DNA of 64,000 nucleotides, from positions 123,814,001-123,878,000 of the forward strand of contig OX597819.1 of assembly GCA_951406725.2 (NCBI GenBank), written 5' to 3'. Source of the DNA: Octopus vulgaris (taxonomy: Eukaryota). A model generated the notes under the pieces. The model ran no database searches. It was not told the DNA's origin and was given only the letters and a program-made list of their open reading frames with translations. Each line of letters opens with the position of its first letter. The first letter of the stretch is position 1. A program made the position numbers and the translations under genes. Shown in pieces: positions 1 to 13,543 of this stretch.

Positions 1-705
1 GTTTGATTCGGATAAGACTTAAATGTATAAAGAAAAGTAATATATAGTAATAAGCTGTATACTTAAGTATCAAATGAATATATGGGTAAATATATTCATA
101 GAAATTTGAGTAATATAAGTCAAAGCGTCAAAAATATTTTGGCAAATTAAATTTAAATGTTGAAGTGAATCAAACAGTTTTTGTGTGTTTCTTAAATGGC
201 TTATAAACACCTTCCACACTGCAATTATTAAATATCTTCTGGGTTATCATTAAAAAGTATAGAAATAATCAATATATAGTAAATTACCTTCTATTTAAGT
301 ATCATATTATTAGGGTGAATATACGTATAAACATTTAAATAATAAGGTTATAGTTATAGTTATAAGTAAGAATATATTTCTGAATACATATATAAATATT
401 TTCAAATATTTATACGTATAAAAATGCCAAAATTATATTTAAAAAAATAAAATAAAGAATAAGTCGGTAGAACAATAATCCCATCTTGCACATATATCTA
501 CGTATATTTACTCGCTCTTAAAAAAATAAATGCATGTATCTGTGAAGAAATCGCGTGCAAAATATTACATAAATATACAAGAGCTTTATACATATATAAA
601 TATACATATATATATATATATATATTGGACAGGTCAGTTATTTCTCTCCAATTTGAGCATAGGCTCAAAGCATTGTTTAGGTACATGCTCCGTTAATCAA
701 TATGA

Positions 706-1310
706 TAGGGCGATCTACTGGCGCAAATTAGTCAACCTGTTGACTGAATTATATATAGGGTTATAGCTTTATTCAGTTAATTCGGAATTTTCTCTCTTGG
801 ATGCATTTCATTGATAAATATCAAAAAACTCGAAACATCGATGTCTGAGATTCCCGAGGGTAGGCGACATTGAACTTATTGGGTGTTTTTTTTCACCTTC
901 TTACCATAAGAGAGATCTTTTCCATGGTAACTGCAGTGTATTTGCCTTTAGCAGTTGAAATATATGACATACATATTTCAAGTAACCTAAATTCTACTCA
1001 TACCTAAACACTGCTTTGCGTTAATTAATTACATCGGGCGACCTACAAGCGCAAAATCAGTGAAAGTTTTGACTGAATTATATACAAAGTTATAGCTTCC
1101 TCAAGTTCGTTCAGAGTGGCCTCTCTAAGGTACATCATATTGACAAGAGTCAAAAAACTCAAAACATCGACGTTTGTGATTCTCAAGAGATGGCAACACT
1201 GAACGAACTGCGTCTTTTCACAACTTTTTACTATAAAAGAGAGATTTTTCTCCAAGGTAACTACAATGTATTAACCCTTAGCAGTTGAAATATGTAACAA
1301 ACATATTTCA
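706..1310. repeat. Diverged direct tandem duplication, unit ~330 bp
   Basis: 706-1010 and 1036-1310 share ordered blocks such as TTGACTGAATTATATA, CAAAAAACTCRAAACATCGA and TTAGCAGTTGAAATAT. Confidence 0.75.
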
Positions 1311-1363
1311 ACTCACCAAAAAGTTCATATTCCATGTTTTCGCATTTCGTATTTCCAAGTAAG

Positions 1364-1422
<59 letters not shown>

Positions 1423-2007
1423 GTCCACTTCGTGGTCATCCCTCATATATGTATGTAATATAATTTTTCTGAATCTTCAGATTTTTACAATATGCTAAGC
1501 CAGTGGTAAGTTGATATTAATCAAATTAATATTCAAATTTTTACCCTTATTATTTAAATTTAAATAACCATGTTCTCTAGCCAGCAGGATCTACTGCAGG
1601 AAATTATTTTTCAGCAGAATTATTTCCGGTTTTTGGCGCGCGGAAACGAAGACTTTTGATTATATTTGTACCCCCAAAATATAATCAGCAAAGCTATATG
1701 CATGTTCAGTTTCATGTAGACGTCTCGTGTATAGTTCTGCAAATTATATTTTGCTCTGACGGTCACACTGGTGAATTGCGGGCATTTACGTATGTAAATA
1801 TGTAAGTGGTAACAATGAAACCTGGTATGTGACTAATCGTTATATTTTGTATCTTTTCATTTATCTTGCTCGCTTACGTTCTGAAGTTTGCTGAATTTTC
1901 TTGAGAACAATCTTTTCTTAGTGGTCAGACCATATGGGGTCTACATCTAGCATATTGGATGTCCACTTAGTGGTCATCCCTCTTGTATATATGTAACATA
2001 TATATGT

Positions 2008-2061
<54 letters not shown>

Positions 2062-2074
2062 TATATAATTCACC

Positions 2075-2795
2075 TTGATACTAATACAACGGGGGAGACG
2101 AACAAAACAATATCTTGAAAATTACTGTGAGTTAATAGAGTACTGTAGATTCCGGTTTTAACTTGTAAATTATAAATATATATATATATATATATATCAA
2201 TTTTTAAAAAAATAATTTATTCAAGTTATGAAGCGCACCTTGCTCAGCACGATTCCTCCACATTTACGAAGAAACACGAATAATTTTTTTAAATATTTCT
2301 TTATTCGTTCACACCAATTCGAATTTCAATGTAGAAAAATTATTACAATTCTTATCAAGGTGGATTATAGATTTTTTCGTCAAGTCATCTATGCTCTTCA
2401 ACATGTACAGACATGGCAGAAGCTACCCCTCCCTCTGATAATATACACAAACAGCGGGATGACCTCATTTCAAGGCTAAAACAATGCGAAGCGCATTGTG
2501 ACTAGCGATGTGTAGCAACATCTGATAGCCTGGTCGGTCACGGTGATATATATATATAAATATATATATATACGTGCAGAAGGTAATATTTTTTAAAATT
2601 TATTCATGTTTCCTTGTAAACGTGGAGCGATAGTGCTGATGAAAGTACATTTGACAATTTAAATTAAATAATTTTTTTAAATTGATTTATTTAATTTACA
2701 AGTTAAACCGGAAACTATACTAGGCTATTAACACAAAGTAATTTTCAAAATCTTGTTTTGTTCGTCGCGCGCGCTGTCAGCTCGTATTCGTATCA
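2075..2795. mobile_element. Old MITE/foldback-like element with diverged inverted arms and a SINE tail inside
   Basis: 2075-2290 is the diverged reverse complement of 2585-2795 (GACGAACAAAACAA...TTGAAAATTACT vs AGTAATTTTCAA...TTGTTTTGTTCGTC). Confidence 0.6.
2455..2548 (+). mobile_element. SINE family B2, 3' fragment
   Basis: Ends ...CTGATAGCCTGGTCGGTCACGGTGAT, matching the copies at 3033, 14101 and 41925. Confidence 0.8.
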
Positions 2796-2945
2796 TTAAA
2801 TGTTTATCGTTAAATCGCCATTTCAACATATACGGAAATAGTCGAAGTTATACTCCTGTATTTATCTTTATGTATATATAATTAAATTTGTCACCAGGCA
2901 GAATGTTGAAATCTGATAAGGAACCTAAGCTTTCTTTCATTCTTG

Positions 2946-2982
<37 letters not shown>

Positions 2983-3032
2983 CACCGTGATATATATATA
3001 TCACATATATATATCACATATATATATACATA

Positions 3033-3333
3033 TCACCGTGATCACCGTGACCGACCAGACTAACAGATGTCGCTATACATCGCTGGTCACAATGCGCTTC
3101 GCATTGTTTTAGCCTTCAAATGACACCACCCCGAGCAGGCCTACAGAAGAAAGAGTGAGAGAAAGTTGTGGCGAAAGAGTACAGCAGGGATCGCCACCAC
3201 CCTTTGCCAGAGCCGCGTGGAGCTATATGTGCTTTCGCTCAATAAACACTCACAACGCCCGGTCTGGGAATCGAAACTGCGATCCTACGAGCGCGAGTCC
3301 GCTGCCCTAACCACATGGGCCATTGCGCATCCA
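3033..3333 (-). mobile_element. tRNA-derived SINE family B2
   Basis: A/B-box head (TGGCCCA.GTGGTTAGGGC...GTTTCGATTCCC) on the minus strand with a GTCACGGTGAT tail. Confidence 0.85.
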
Positions 3334-3359
3334 CTATCTCTCTCTCTCTCTCTCTCTCT

Positions 3360-3398
<39 letters not shown>

Positions 3399-3570
3399 CA
3401 CATAGAGTGAGACAGATAACTTGCTAGATACAGTGACACACACATGCACACACATACATATATATATATGTACGTGTGTTTGTTTAAGTTTATGTAGGTG
3501 TATATATATTGCGATATGTTCATATATGAACGAGATTTTGAATTGGTCTTTATTGTGATAACATTTACAG

Positions 3571-3702
3571 ATTGCCTAGACCCCAAAGGGCTATGTATGT
3601 CCCATGAATCTAAATGGCGTGGTCTCATCGGAACTGCATGTGTATCATTTTACTGTGAGATTCACCAAGATATGGCGCAACTAAATGTTAAGTTTGATCT
3701 AA
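3571..3702 (+). CDS. Candidate isolated internal exon encoding a Cys-rich module (DCLDPKGLCMSHESKWRGLIGTACVSFYCEIH...)
   Basis: ATTTACAG acceptor, A|GTATGT donor, 132 nt, phase 1-1, stop-free, C-x6-C...W...C-x4-C pattern; no neighbouring exon confirmed. Confidence 0.4.
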
Positions 3703-3842
3703 GTATGTATATTCTATTTTACTGTCAATGTATCTACAGCATTTCGTCTTTAGATTTCAGATGCACAAGCCTACCAGATAATCACTAACATCATCCTACA
3801 TTATATATATGTACACATACATACATATATATGTACACATAC

Positions 3843-3928
<86 letters not shown>

Positions 3929-4183
3929 GTGTGTGTGTTTATAATGATAAGATCGTTAATTTAAATATCGATCTAATCAAGTGGCTTGCATGGGAATAAA
4001 AACCTTCAAAGGTAATAATTATTATTAAAATTATAATTTAGGGTATCTAAGAGGTAAAACCACGCTGGAAATAGCAGTCAAAACTTGACTCTAAAACAAC
4101 ATTTATATATATATATATATATATAATTAAATCTAAACTTATAGGGAAAAAATTCTATTTAGAAATTCTAAATTAAATTTCAT

Positions 4184-4260
<77 letters not shown>

Positions 4261-4262
<2 letters not shown>

Positions 4263-4500
4263 TCTTTACTCTTTACTCTTTTACTCTTTTACTTGTTTCA
4301 GTCATTTGACTGCGGCCATGCTGGAGCAGCGCCTTTAATCGAGCAACACGACCCCGGGACTTATTCTTTTGTAAGCCCAGTACTTATCCTATCGGTCTCT
4401 TTTGCCGAACCGCTAAGTAACGGGGACATAAACACACCAGCATCGGTTGTCAAGCAATGCTAGGAGGACAAACACAGACACACAAACACACACACGCATA
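4261..4500 (-). mobile_element. SINE family A, 3' half
   Basis: (ACTCTTTT)n tail plus TTGTTTCAGTCATTTGACTGCGGCCATGCTGGAGC. Confidence 0.85.
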
Positions 4501-4504
4501 TATA

Positions 4505-4804
4505 TATAAATTTAGAAAAAAAAACACCTTTTATCAATTCAAAATGAACAATTAAATTACACCATCTAGAAAATTACATATAATAGAAGTATCAAAATTA
4601 AAATAATAATAAAATGTCAATGATTAAGTAAATTGCAAAATAAATAATAAAAACGTAAATAATTGGTAGAATAACGACACATCTTTCGTGGCTATATTTA
4701 AGAAATGATTATAGTAGTAGTAAAATCATTTCGATATAAATATAGCCACTCATCAGGTTAAAAATAAACTAGAATAATAAAATAATTAACTAATAAATAT
4801 ACTT

Positions 4805-4868
<64 letters not shown>

Positions 4869-5221
4869 TAAATATAGATTAAGTGAAAACTAAAACAATA
4901 CTAAAATATTAAACACTGTAAAATTAATTAAAATACACAATGCTAATACAAGACATTATATAATAATAATAATAATAAAAATGAAATGGTTCAAATATAG
5001 ACAAACTCATTAAATAAGCTAACTATATAATTAATATACGTGTGTAGTATCTATAGATTTAATATATCAATCTATAACATATTTGACTAAATATCAATTA
5101 ATATAATACCTAATTAACTTAAAATTTAATATTACATAATAAATGTGTCACCTAATAATTAAATAATATATTGTCTAACGAAAATTAATTCTCAAATTAA
5201 ATTAAATGTAATACTTTAGAT

Positions 5222-5299
<78 letters not shown>

Positions 5300-5635
5300 G
5301 AAACTAAATAAATATATATAAGAATTAAAATCTATCGTAACTTATAGCTATCAATATATATAAAAATGATATAATGACGAGAATTATTTGTTAATGGAAA
5401 GTAAGAAAACTTATCAGCCCCAAAATTAAAGAAAGGTGCAAAAATATGGGAACCAATGGACAATACACTATGAAGATGTACAATCACAATCACCAGTCCT
5501 CTACAAAACCAGTCAGTAACAATAATAATAATAATAACGATCAAACTCAAATAATACAAGATCTAAATAATATTGATGAACAAACTAAGTTACTAAGTTC
5601 AATGATTAAATTAATATATCTGGATTTTAAATGTA
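4505..5635 (-). mobile_element. AT-rich non-coding hammerhead-bearing element (PLE 3' end or retrozyme-like), copy 1
   Basis: Near-identical to 7510-8575 and reverse complement of ~24990-26065; contains a hammerhead motif. Confidence 0.7.
4672..4760 (-). ncRNA. Type I hammerhead ribozyme with mutated stem III
   Basis: Minus strand: TAAC-CTGATGA-GTGGCTATA...TATAGCCAC-GAAA-GATGT-GTC-GTTA. Confidence 0.75.
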
Positions 5636-5639
5636 TTAG

Positions 5640-5836
5640 GGCGCAGGAGTGGCTGTGTGGTAAGTAGCTTGCTAACCAACCACATGGTTCCGGGTTCAGT
5701 CCCACTGCGTGGCATCTTGGGCAAGTGTCTTCTGCTATAGCCCCGGGCCGACCAATGCCTTGTGAGTGGATTTGGTAGACGGAAACTGAAAGAAGCCTGT
5801 CGTATGTATATATATATATATATATATGTGTGTGTA

Positions 5837-5885
<49 letters not shown>
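5640..5885 (+). mobile_element. SINE family A, 5' half
   Basis: tRNA-like head TGGCTGTGTGGTAAG...GGTTCAGTCCC, truncated at its internal (TG)n. Confidence 0.85.
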
Positions 5886-5887
<2 letters not shown>

Positions 5888-6270
5888 ATAATAAGATCGT
5901 TAATTTAAATATCGATCTAATCAAGTGGCCTGCATGGGAATAAAAACCCTCAAAGGTAATAATTATTATTAAAATTATAATTTAGGGTATCTAAGAGGTA
6001 AAACCACGCTGGAAATAGCAGTCAAAACTTGACTCTAAAACCACATTTATATATGGCCTCAGCCGGATGGCTGAAACAAGTAAAAGAGTAAAAGAGTAAT
6101 ATATATATATATAATTACTTGAGGGAATATAAATCTAAACTTATAGGGAAAAAATTCTATTTAGAAATACTAAATCAAATTTCATATAATATAATATATA
6201 TATATGTATATGTATGTATATATATATATGTATGTATATATATGTATCTATATATATATATATGTATCGA

Positions 6271-6651
6271 TGGAAGCATTCCGTCGGTTACGACGACAAG
6301 GGTTCCGGTTGATCCGAATCAACGGAACAGCCTGCTCGTGAAATTAACGTGTAAGTGGCTGAGCACTCCACAGACACGTGTACCCTTAACGTAGTTCTCG
6401 GGGATATTCAGCGTGACACAGAGAGTGACAAGGCCGGCCCCTTGAAATACAGGTACAACAGAAACAGGAAGTAAGAGTGAGAGAAAGTTGTGGTGAAAGA
6501 GTACAGCAGGGATCACCACCATCCCTGCCGGTATCTCGTGGAGCTTTTAGGTGTTTTCGCTCAATAAACACTCACAACGCCCGGTCTGGGAATCGAAACC
6601 GCGATCCTATGACCGCGAGTCCGCTGCCCTAACCACTGGGCCATTGCGCCT
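6271..6651 (-). mobile_element. tRNA-derived SINE family B1
   Basis: Reverse complement of 15556-15937. Confidence 0.9.
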
Positions 6652-6660
6652 ACATATATG

Positions 6661-6704
<44 letters not shown>

Positions 6705-6742
6705 TGTATATATATGTATCTATATATATATGTATATATATG

Positions 6743-6826
<84 letters not shown>

Positions 6827-6827
6827 G

Positions 6828-7221
6828 ACGGAGGAGTGGGTGTGTGGTATGTAGCTTGCTTACCAACCATATGCTTCTGAGTTCAGTCCCACTGCGTGGC
6901 ACCTTGGACAAGTGTCTTCTGCTATAGCCCCGGGCCGACCAATGCCTTGTGAGTGGATTTGGTAGACGGAAACTGAAAGAAGCCTGTCGTATATATGTAT
7001 ATATATATGTATGCGTGTATGTTTGTGTGTTTGTGTTTGTTCCCCTAGCATTGCTTGACAACCGATGCTGGTGTGTTTACGTCCACGTCACTTAGCGGTT
7101 CGGCAAAAAGAGACTGATAGAATAAGTACTGGGCTTACAAAAAAAATAAAGTCCCGGGGTCAAGTTGCTCGACTAAAGGCGGTGCTCCAGCATGGCCGCA
7201 GTCAAATGACTGAAACAAGTA
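6828..7221 (+). mobile_element. SINE family A, near full length
   Basis: Head, internal microsatellite and LINE-like tail all present. Confidence 0.9.
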
Positions 7222-7234
7222 ATATATTTATTAT

Positions 7235-7266
<32 letters not shown>

Positions 7267-7268
<2 letters not shown>

Positions 7269-7500
7269 TCTTTCTTTACTCTTTACTCTTTTACTTGTTT
7301 CAGTCATTTGACTGCGGCCATGCTGGAGCAGCGCCTTTAATCGAGCAACACGACCCCGGGACTTATTCTTTTCTAAGCCCAGTACTTATTCTATCGGTCT
7401 CTTTTGCCAAACTGCTAAGTAACGGGGACATAAACACACCAGCATCGGTTGTCAAGCAATGCTAGGGGGACAAACACAGACACACAAACACACACACGCA
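7267..7500 (-). mobile_element. SINE family A, 3' half (duplicate of 4261-4500)
   Basis: Near-identical sequence and same context. Confidence 0.85.
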
Positions 7501-7509
7501 TATATATAT

Positions 7510-8181
7510 TAATTTAGAAAAAAAACACCTTTTATCAATTCAAAATGAACAATTAAATTACACCATCTAGAAAATTACATATAATAGAAGTATTAAAATT
7601 AAAATATTAATAAAATGTCAATGATTAAGTAAATTGCAAAAAAAAATAACAAAAACGTAAATAATTGGTAGAATAACGACACGTGTTTCGTGGCTATATT
7701 TAAGAAATGATTATAGTAGTAGTAAAATCATTTCGATATTAATATAGCCACTCATCAGGTTAAAAATAAACTAGAATAATAAAATAATTAACTAATAAAT
7801 ATACTTTATTATATATATATATATATACTAAATATAGATTAAGTGAAAACTAAAACAATACTAAAATATTAAATACTGTAAAATACACAATGCTAGTACA
7901 AGACATTATATAATAATAATAATAATAAAAATGAAATGGTTCAAATATAGACAAACTCATTAAATAAGCTAACTATATAATTAATATACGTGTGTAGTAT
8001 CTATAGATTTAATATATCAATCTATAACATATTTGACTAAATATCAATTAATATAATAGCTAATTAACCTAGAATTTAATATCACATAATAAATGTGTCA
8101 CCTAATAATTAAATAATATATTGTCTAACGTAAATTAATTCTCAAATTAAATTAAATGTAATACTTTAGATCCCTTTATAT

Positions 8182-8238
<57 letters not shown>

Positions 8239-8575
8239 AACTAAATAAATATATATAAGAATTAAAATCTATCGTAACTTATAGCTATCATTATATATAA
8301 AACTGATATAATGACGAGAATTATTTGTTAATGGAGAGTAAGAAAACTTATCAGCCCCAAAATTAAAGAAAGGTGCAAAAATATGGGAACCAATGAACAA
8401 TACACTATGAAGATGTACAATCACAATCACCTGTCCTCTACAAAACCAGTCAGTAACAATAATAATAATAATAACGATCAAACTCAAATAATACAAGATC
8501 TAAATAATATTGATGAACAAACTAAGTTACTAAGTTCAATGATTAAATTAATATATCTGGATTTTAAACGTATTA
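7510..8575 (-). mobile_element. AT-rich hammerhead-bearing element, copy 2
   Basis: Duplicate of 4505-5635. Confidence 0.7.
7674..7762 (-). ncRNA. Type I hammerhead ribozyme, canonical core
   Basis: Minus strand: TAAC-CTGATGA-GTGGCTATATT...AATATAGCCAC-GAAAC-ACGT-GTC^GTTA. Confidence 0.85.
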
Positions 8576-8576
8576 G

Positions 8577-8762
8577 GGCGCAGGAGTGGCTGTGTGGTAA
8601 GTAGCTTGCTAACCAGCCACATGGTTCCGGGTTCAGTCCCACTGCGTGGCATCTTGGGCAAGTGTCTTCTGCTATAGCCCCGGCCGACCAATGCCTTGTG
8701 AGTGGATTTGGTAGACGGAAACTGAAAGAAGCTTGTCGTATGTATATATATATATATATATA

Positions 8763-8804
<42 letters not shown>

Positions 8805-9003
8805 TGTGTTTGTGTGTCTGTGTTTGTCCCCCTAGCATTGCTAGTGTGTTTACGTCCCCGTCACTTAGCGGTTCGGCAAAAGAGACCGATAGAATAAGTA
8901 CCGGGCTTACAAAGAATAAGTCCCGGGGTCGATTTGCTCGACTAAAGGCGTTGCTCCAGCATGGCCGCAGTCAAATGACTGAAACAAGTAAAAGAGTAAA
9001 AGA
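8577..9003 (+). mobile_element. SINE family A, full length
   Basis: GGCGCAGGAGTGGCTGTGTGG head through (AAAAGAGT)n tail. Confidence 0.9.
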
Positions 9004-9555
9004 GAGTGAGTGTATTAATATGTTTTAGCGTCTAATTAATATACCGAAAAACTATTACTAGTCATGAATAATACAATGAAAAATTAGAAATAGTTCAAAT
9101 ATACACAAATCCATTATTTAAACTAATCATTTTAATATCCATGTATAATATATATAGATTTAATATATCACACGATAAAAAAGTCAAACATAAAATTGAT
9201 ATCAAAATAAAAACTAGTTTACTTAAATATAATACTACTTAATAAAAATATTATCAAATTATTAAAAGAAATATAGTCTAACAAAACTAATTCTCAAATT
9301 AAATAATATGTAAAACGTTAAATTCCTATATAAAAAAAACCAAAAGATATATCCAATATTGAACGGAACAATTACTATCAAGAAACTATAAATAAATAAT
9401 AATATTACAACAACAATAATAATAACAACAATAATAATAATAATTTCAAACACAAAACGATTCAAAATTCAAATGAAATAGATAAACGATAAAATTTCAA
9501 ACTTCTCTTTGCGAAGCAAAAAAGTAACTAAAATAGTTAAAGGGTTTATAAAATT

Positions 9556-9596
<41 letters not shown>

Positions 9597-10204
9597 TTGT
9601 AGACCTCTGGACACCTGTCCATTGATCAATAGACTCATGGAAAGTGAATTAGAGTGCAGATTAAGCATTAAGTGTTTGAACGGACCCCAAACTCATTAAA
9701 TTGACGAGACACAACTTCAAACAGAGTTATACGCAGAAACAAAAAAAAAGGACCATTATAGTTAAGGCCAGAAAATACATGGGAAGGTGGGTAAATGCGA
9801 GTTCTGCATCACCGAAAAACCAAATATCATAACAAGGAACGTTATAGACATAATGGAGCCAACATTCTCCATTTTCATGCAAAAATAAGAAATCACGCTA
9901 AGAAATTTCAAGCACGACATCCATAATTCCGTTACCCCTCCAAACTGAATAAGTTCTTCTCTGAACATCAACTCTATGTATTCTTTGGTCAGTATGCGTA
10001 AAAGACACACGCTCCCATAAGCATGTACTGTATTTCCTCAATAAACAGATATATGTGCGTTATATGTATGTTTATATATGTGTATATATGTATGTATATA
10101 TACATATATGTATGTATTTATATATGTATGTATTTATATATATATATACACATATATATATACACGTATGCATAGATGTATATGTATTTTAGTATGTATA
10201 TATA

Positions 10205-10249
<45 letters not shown>

Positions 10250-10257
<8 letters not shown>

Positions 10258-10452
10258 GAGGGTACTATTATTCATAGGTACCGCACGCTAGGAGGGACTT
10301 TTGCAGTCAAAACTACTAAAATAAACAAATTGTACCGAATGCAAAACTTCAAAGCGAGTCATTTAAAAAACAGAATTTTATTTTAGTAGTTTTGACTGCA
10401 AAAGTCCCTCCTAACGTGCGGTACCTATGAATAATAGTACCCTCTATATAAT
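10250..10452. repeat. Near-perfect inverted repeat (~76-bp arms, ~50-bp spacer)
   Basis: TATAGAGGGTACTATTATTCATAGGTACCGCACG...CTACTAAAATAAA mirrored at 10377-10452. Confidence 0.9.
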
Positions 10453-10603
10453 ATAAATATTTTCAAAGTTGAAAAACTTTACAGATTTTTCTCTTACGAG
10501 GTTTTTCACGCTAACTACTGATAATTTCTTATAAAGATTTTATCCTTATTTAAAAAAAAAAAATATATATATGTATGTATATGTATATATATATCTGTAT
10601 ATA

Positions 10604-10660
<57 letters not shown>

Positions 10661-10739
10661 CGAATGGTTTACACCTGGTAGCTTACTGGTAAAGCACGGT
10701 CACTAGCAGAGTGATCGTTAGGTAAATAACAAATGAAAG

Positions 10740-11690
10740 ACAGAAGATGGAATATACGAGACCATATTATTAATCACAACAATTGTTTCCACACATCTAG
10801 CATCGATTCCTTTTGGGTGGGACACTCAACAACTGGTTCAGGAGTATCCGGTGGTGCAGACGTATTTCGTTGGGTGATAAATAAATTTTTTTTAAATTTT
10901 GTTAAAATTACTGTTCCATAATGCAACTTTCTGTTTTGTATTGAGAAATACAGCCAGGCAGAGGAAAAATCTTCATATATATAGAAGATTCAAAAATAAA
11001 ATTGCAGAAGATAAAAACGAAACGAACGTTGAATCCAGCGAGAAAAGTATTGAAAATAACCGTTAACAGATATGGATGTATAAACGCTGCATGGCACGAG
11101 TACACACGCTCATACAAACATTAGCAGAAATGTGAGAATACGCACGCGCAAGGTTAGGTGCACTCATGATTACAAAGAGAGTTACTTATTTAGCAGGTGT
11201 CTAGAAGAACGGGGACGTTAAAAGTAAACTTAAGTCATCCATACCTTAAAGTGAAATAAAATAAAATAGCACTAAGTTAACGGTTACTCCAGATTCGCTC
11301 TCACTGCATTGTGCGAAAGTACATTTGTAAGCGTGCAGGCATCTCGATAGTCGTTCAGAAATTCTGTTAAGTACCTTCTCATTAGTCCACATAATAGACA
11401 GGGATTCATCAGAGCAGAGTCGGCATCTCTTGGAAATTACACGGTATGGTTTTGCATGTCTAACTATGGACCAAGTAATGTATTAATTCGTATTAGCCTC
11501 CTTCGTATTAGCCTCTATCAGTCGCCATATAAAATCTGCCTAAGATGTCGAATGTCTCTTATTGATTGACCTAAAGCTGGCAACATCATTACGATAACGA
11601 TTCTTAAATGAATCGGCTAGACGTGTCGAAACAATTGTAGTGATTAATATATAAAGCAAGAAATTCCGCAACAGAATATTCACCATCTGA
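10740..11690 (-). mobile_element. Degenerate Naiad-type PLE 3' end (GIY-YIG C-terminus) with inverted pLTR piece
   Basis: Minus translation FKNRYRNDVASFR...KRHSTS*ADFIWRL...WSIVRHAKPY...KRCRLCSDESL...LNRISERLSRCLH; 10775-10800 is inverted at 11617-11648; degenerate hammerhead at ~10777-10878. Confidence 0.75.
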
Positions 11691-12427
11691 TCAGTAACAT
11701 GCCTAACAGGGCCCTTACATTGAAAAAGGCAAAGAGCATGTCTACTAAATATTAAATGTTCACATTGTAACAACTAACAAATAATTTGAATGTTTGATTT
11801 CAGATTTAAATAAATTTCAATGATTGTATCAGATCTCGATACAATGTAGGCTGAGATCCCCTTTGACCGGCCATTATGTAAATATGTAGCTTCATTTCTA
11901 GGTAGTTACTGGAATTGTTGACTATAATAATAGATTTCTTTGAGATTGGTAAAATTGATGTTGATACCTCTGATGAAAATCCAATAAGGTTAAAAAATCG
12001 ATTAAAGCTCTTTTTCATTTTCCAATTTACGAAGCCGATCTCAGCAGAATTTGAGGTCAAAATATGAAGACGGACAAAATGCTGCCAAGTATTCTTCCCG
12101 ACATGGCAACGATTCTGCCATGTCACCGCCTTATATTCTTGTACTAAATTAAAATTTCGAAATCCTTAAGACGAATATTCTTGTCCCCACTGAATGTATT
12201 GCAATGTAAAATAAATTTTGAATTTTTGTTTTATTTTGCAGTTTGTACGCCAGAACACGTCGTTTCAAATATATTGTACTTTATGGAACCCCGCCCCAAA
12301 CTATGTTAAAAAAATATTCGATATTGGATAGTTTCAATCTGGCAGCAATAGAATAATTTCAACACCATAAGCTGATACCTGAAATAAGAACTATTGATAG
12401 ATTACAAATACTGACAAAGTTCCTGTT

Positions 12428-12642
12428 CTATCTATCAGTCTATCTATCTATCTATCCATCTATCTATCTATCTATCTATCTATCAATTTATCTTTCTGTC
12501 TGTCTATCTATCTATTTATCTGTCTGTTTGTCTATCTATCTACCTACCTATCTATCTTCTTATCTATCTATCTATCTATCTACCTATCTATCTATCTACT
12601 TATCTATCTATCTATCTATATCTATCTATCTATCTGTCTATC

Positions 12643-12673
<31 letters not shown>

Positions 12674-12712
12674 TTATTTATCTATCTATCTGTCTATCTA
12701 TTTATCTATCTG

Positions 12713-12748
<36 letters not shown>

Positions 12749-12835
12749 CCTATCTATCTATCTACTTATCTATCTATCTATCTATCTATATCTATCTATC
12801 TATCTATTTATCTTTCTATCTGTCTATCTATCTAC
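12428..12835. repeat. (TATC)n microsatellite
   Basis: Direct inspection. Confidence 0.95.
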
Positions 12836-13078
12836 AAATATAATCAAAACAAGTAACAGGATGTCAATTATTAATGCAGTACGACAGTTTCAAGCGGATC
12901 CATCATCTTGATTTTATTCACTTTACTTCGGTTTGTGCGGATAATATAGGACTGACTTGATACCGCAATTTAAGTACCTAATTCAACTGAATCTTACTTT
13001 AGACTATAACTTCAAAAAATTGTAAGTTGGATTTATATTAGAAATTCTTTTATTTAGATATAAATTCTTAATGTTTTA

Positions 13079-13151
<73 letters not shown>

Positions 13152-13505
13152 AATAAGAAAATGGAGGAACAAATTCATTTCGATCATCAACTTACGGATA
13201 TTACAATTTCATATTATTTATTAATTATATAAAAAGGACCATGAAAATCGAACAAAACAATATATATCAATATGCATATTAATAATAAAATAAAAATAAT
13301 ACAAATAAACTGCCCCTTACAGCTGTTCCAGCCTATGGCCAAGAGACATTCCAATTAAATTGCCCATATATATGCCATTATAAGCATTTATGTATTTAGT
13401 ATTTGGGTTCTTTACCAGCAGTATATTGGATAACTGATATCCTGTAGTGGGTTACCTTCATAACCCCTATCTTACTTTGTATGATATATATATATATATA
13501 TATAT

Positions 13506-13543
<38 letters not shown>

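Larger units (their letters stand above)
3930..8790. repeat. Tandem segmental duplication: ~1.95-kb unit at 3930-5880; second copy 5880-8790 enlarged by later SINE insertions
   Basis: 3940-4105 ~ 5885-6050; 4261-5810 ~ 7267-8745; breakpoints lie in (TG)n tracts. Confidence 0.85.

Noticed and set aside
11400-11415. CTGATGA on the minus strand as a hammerhead core
   Set aside because: Lies in GIY-YIG coding sequence (CSDES) with no matching stem II and GAAA.
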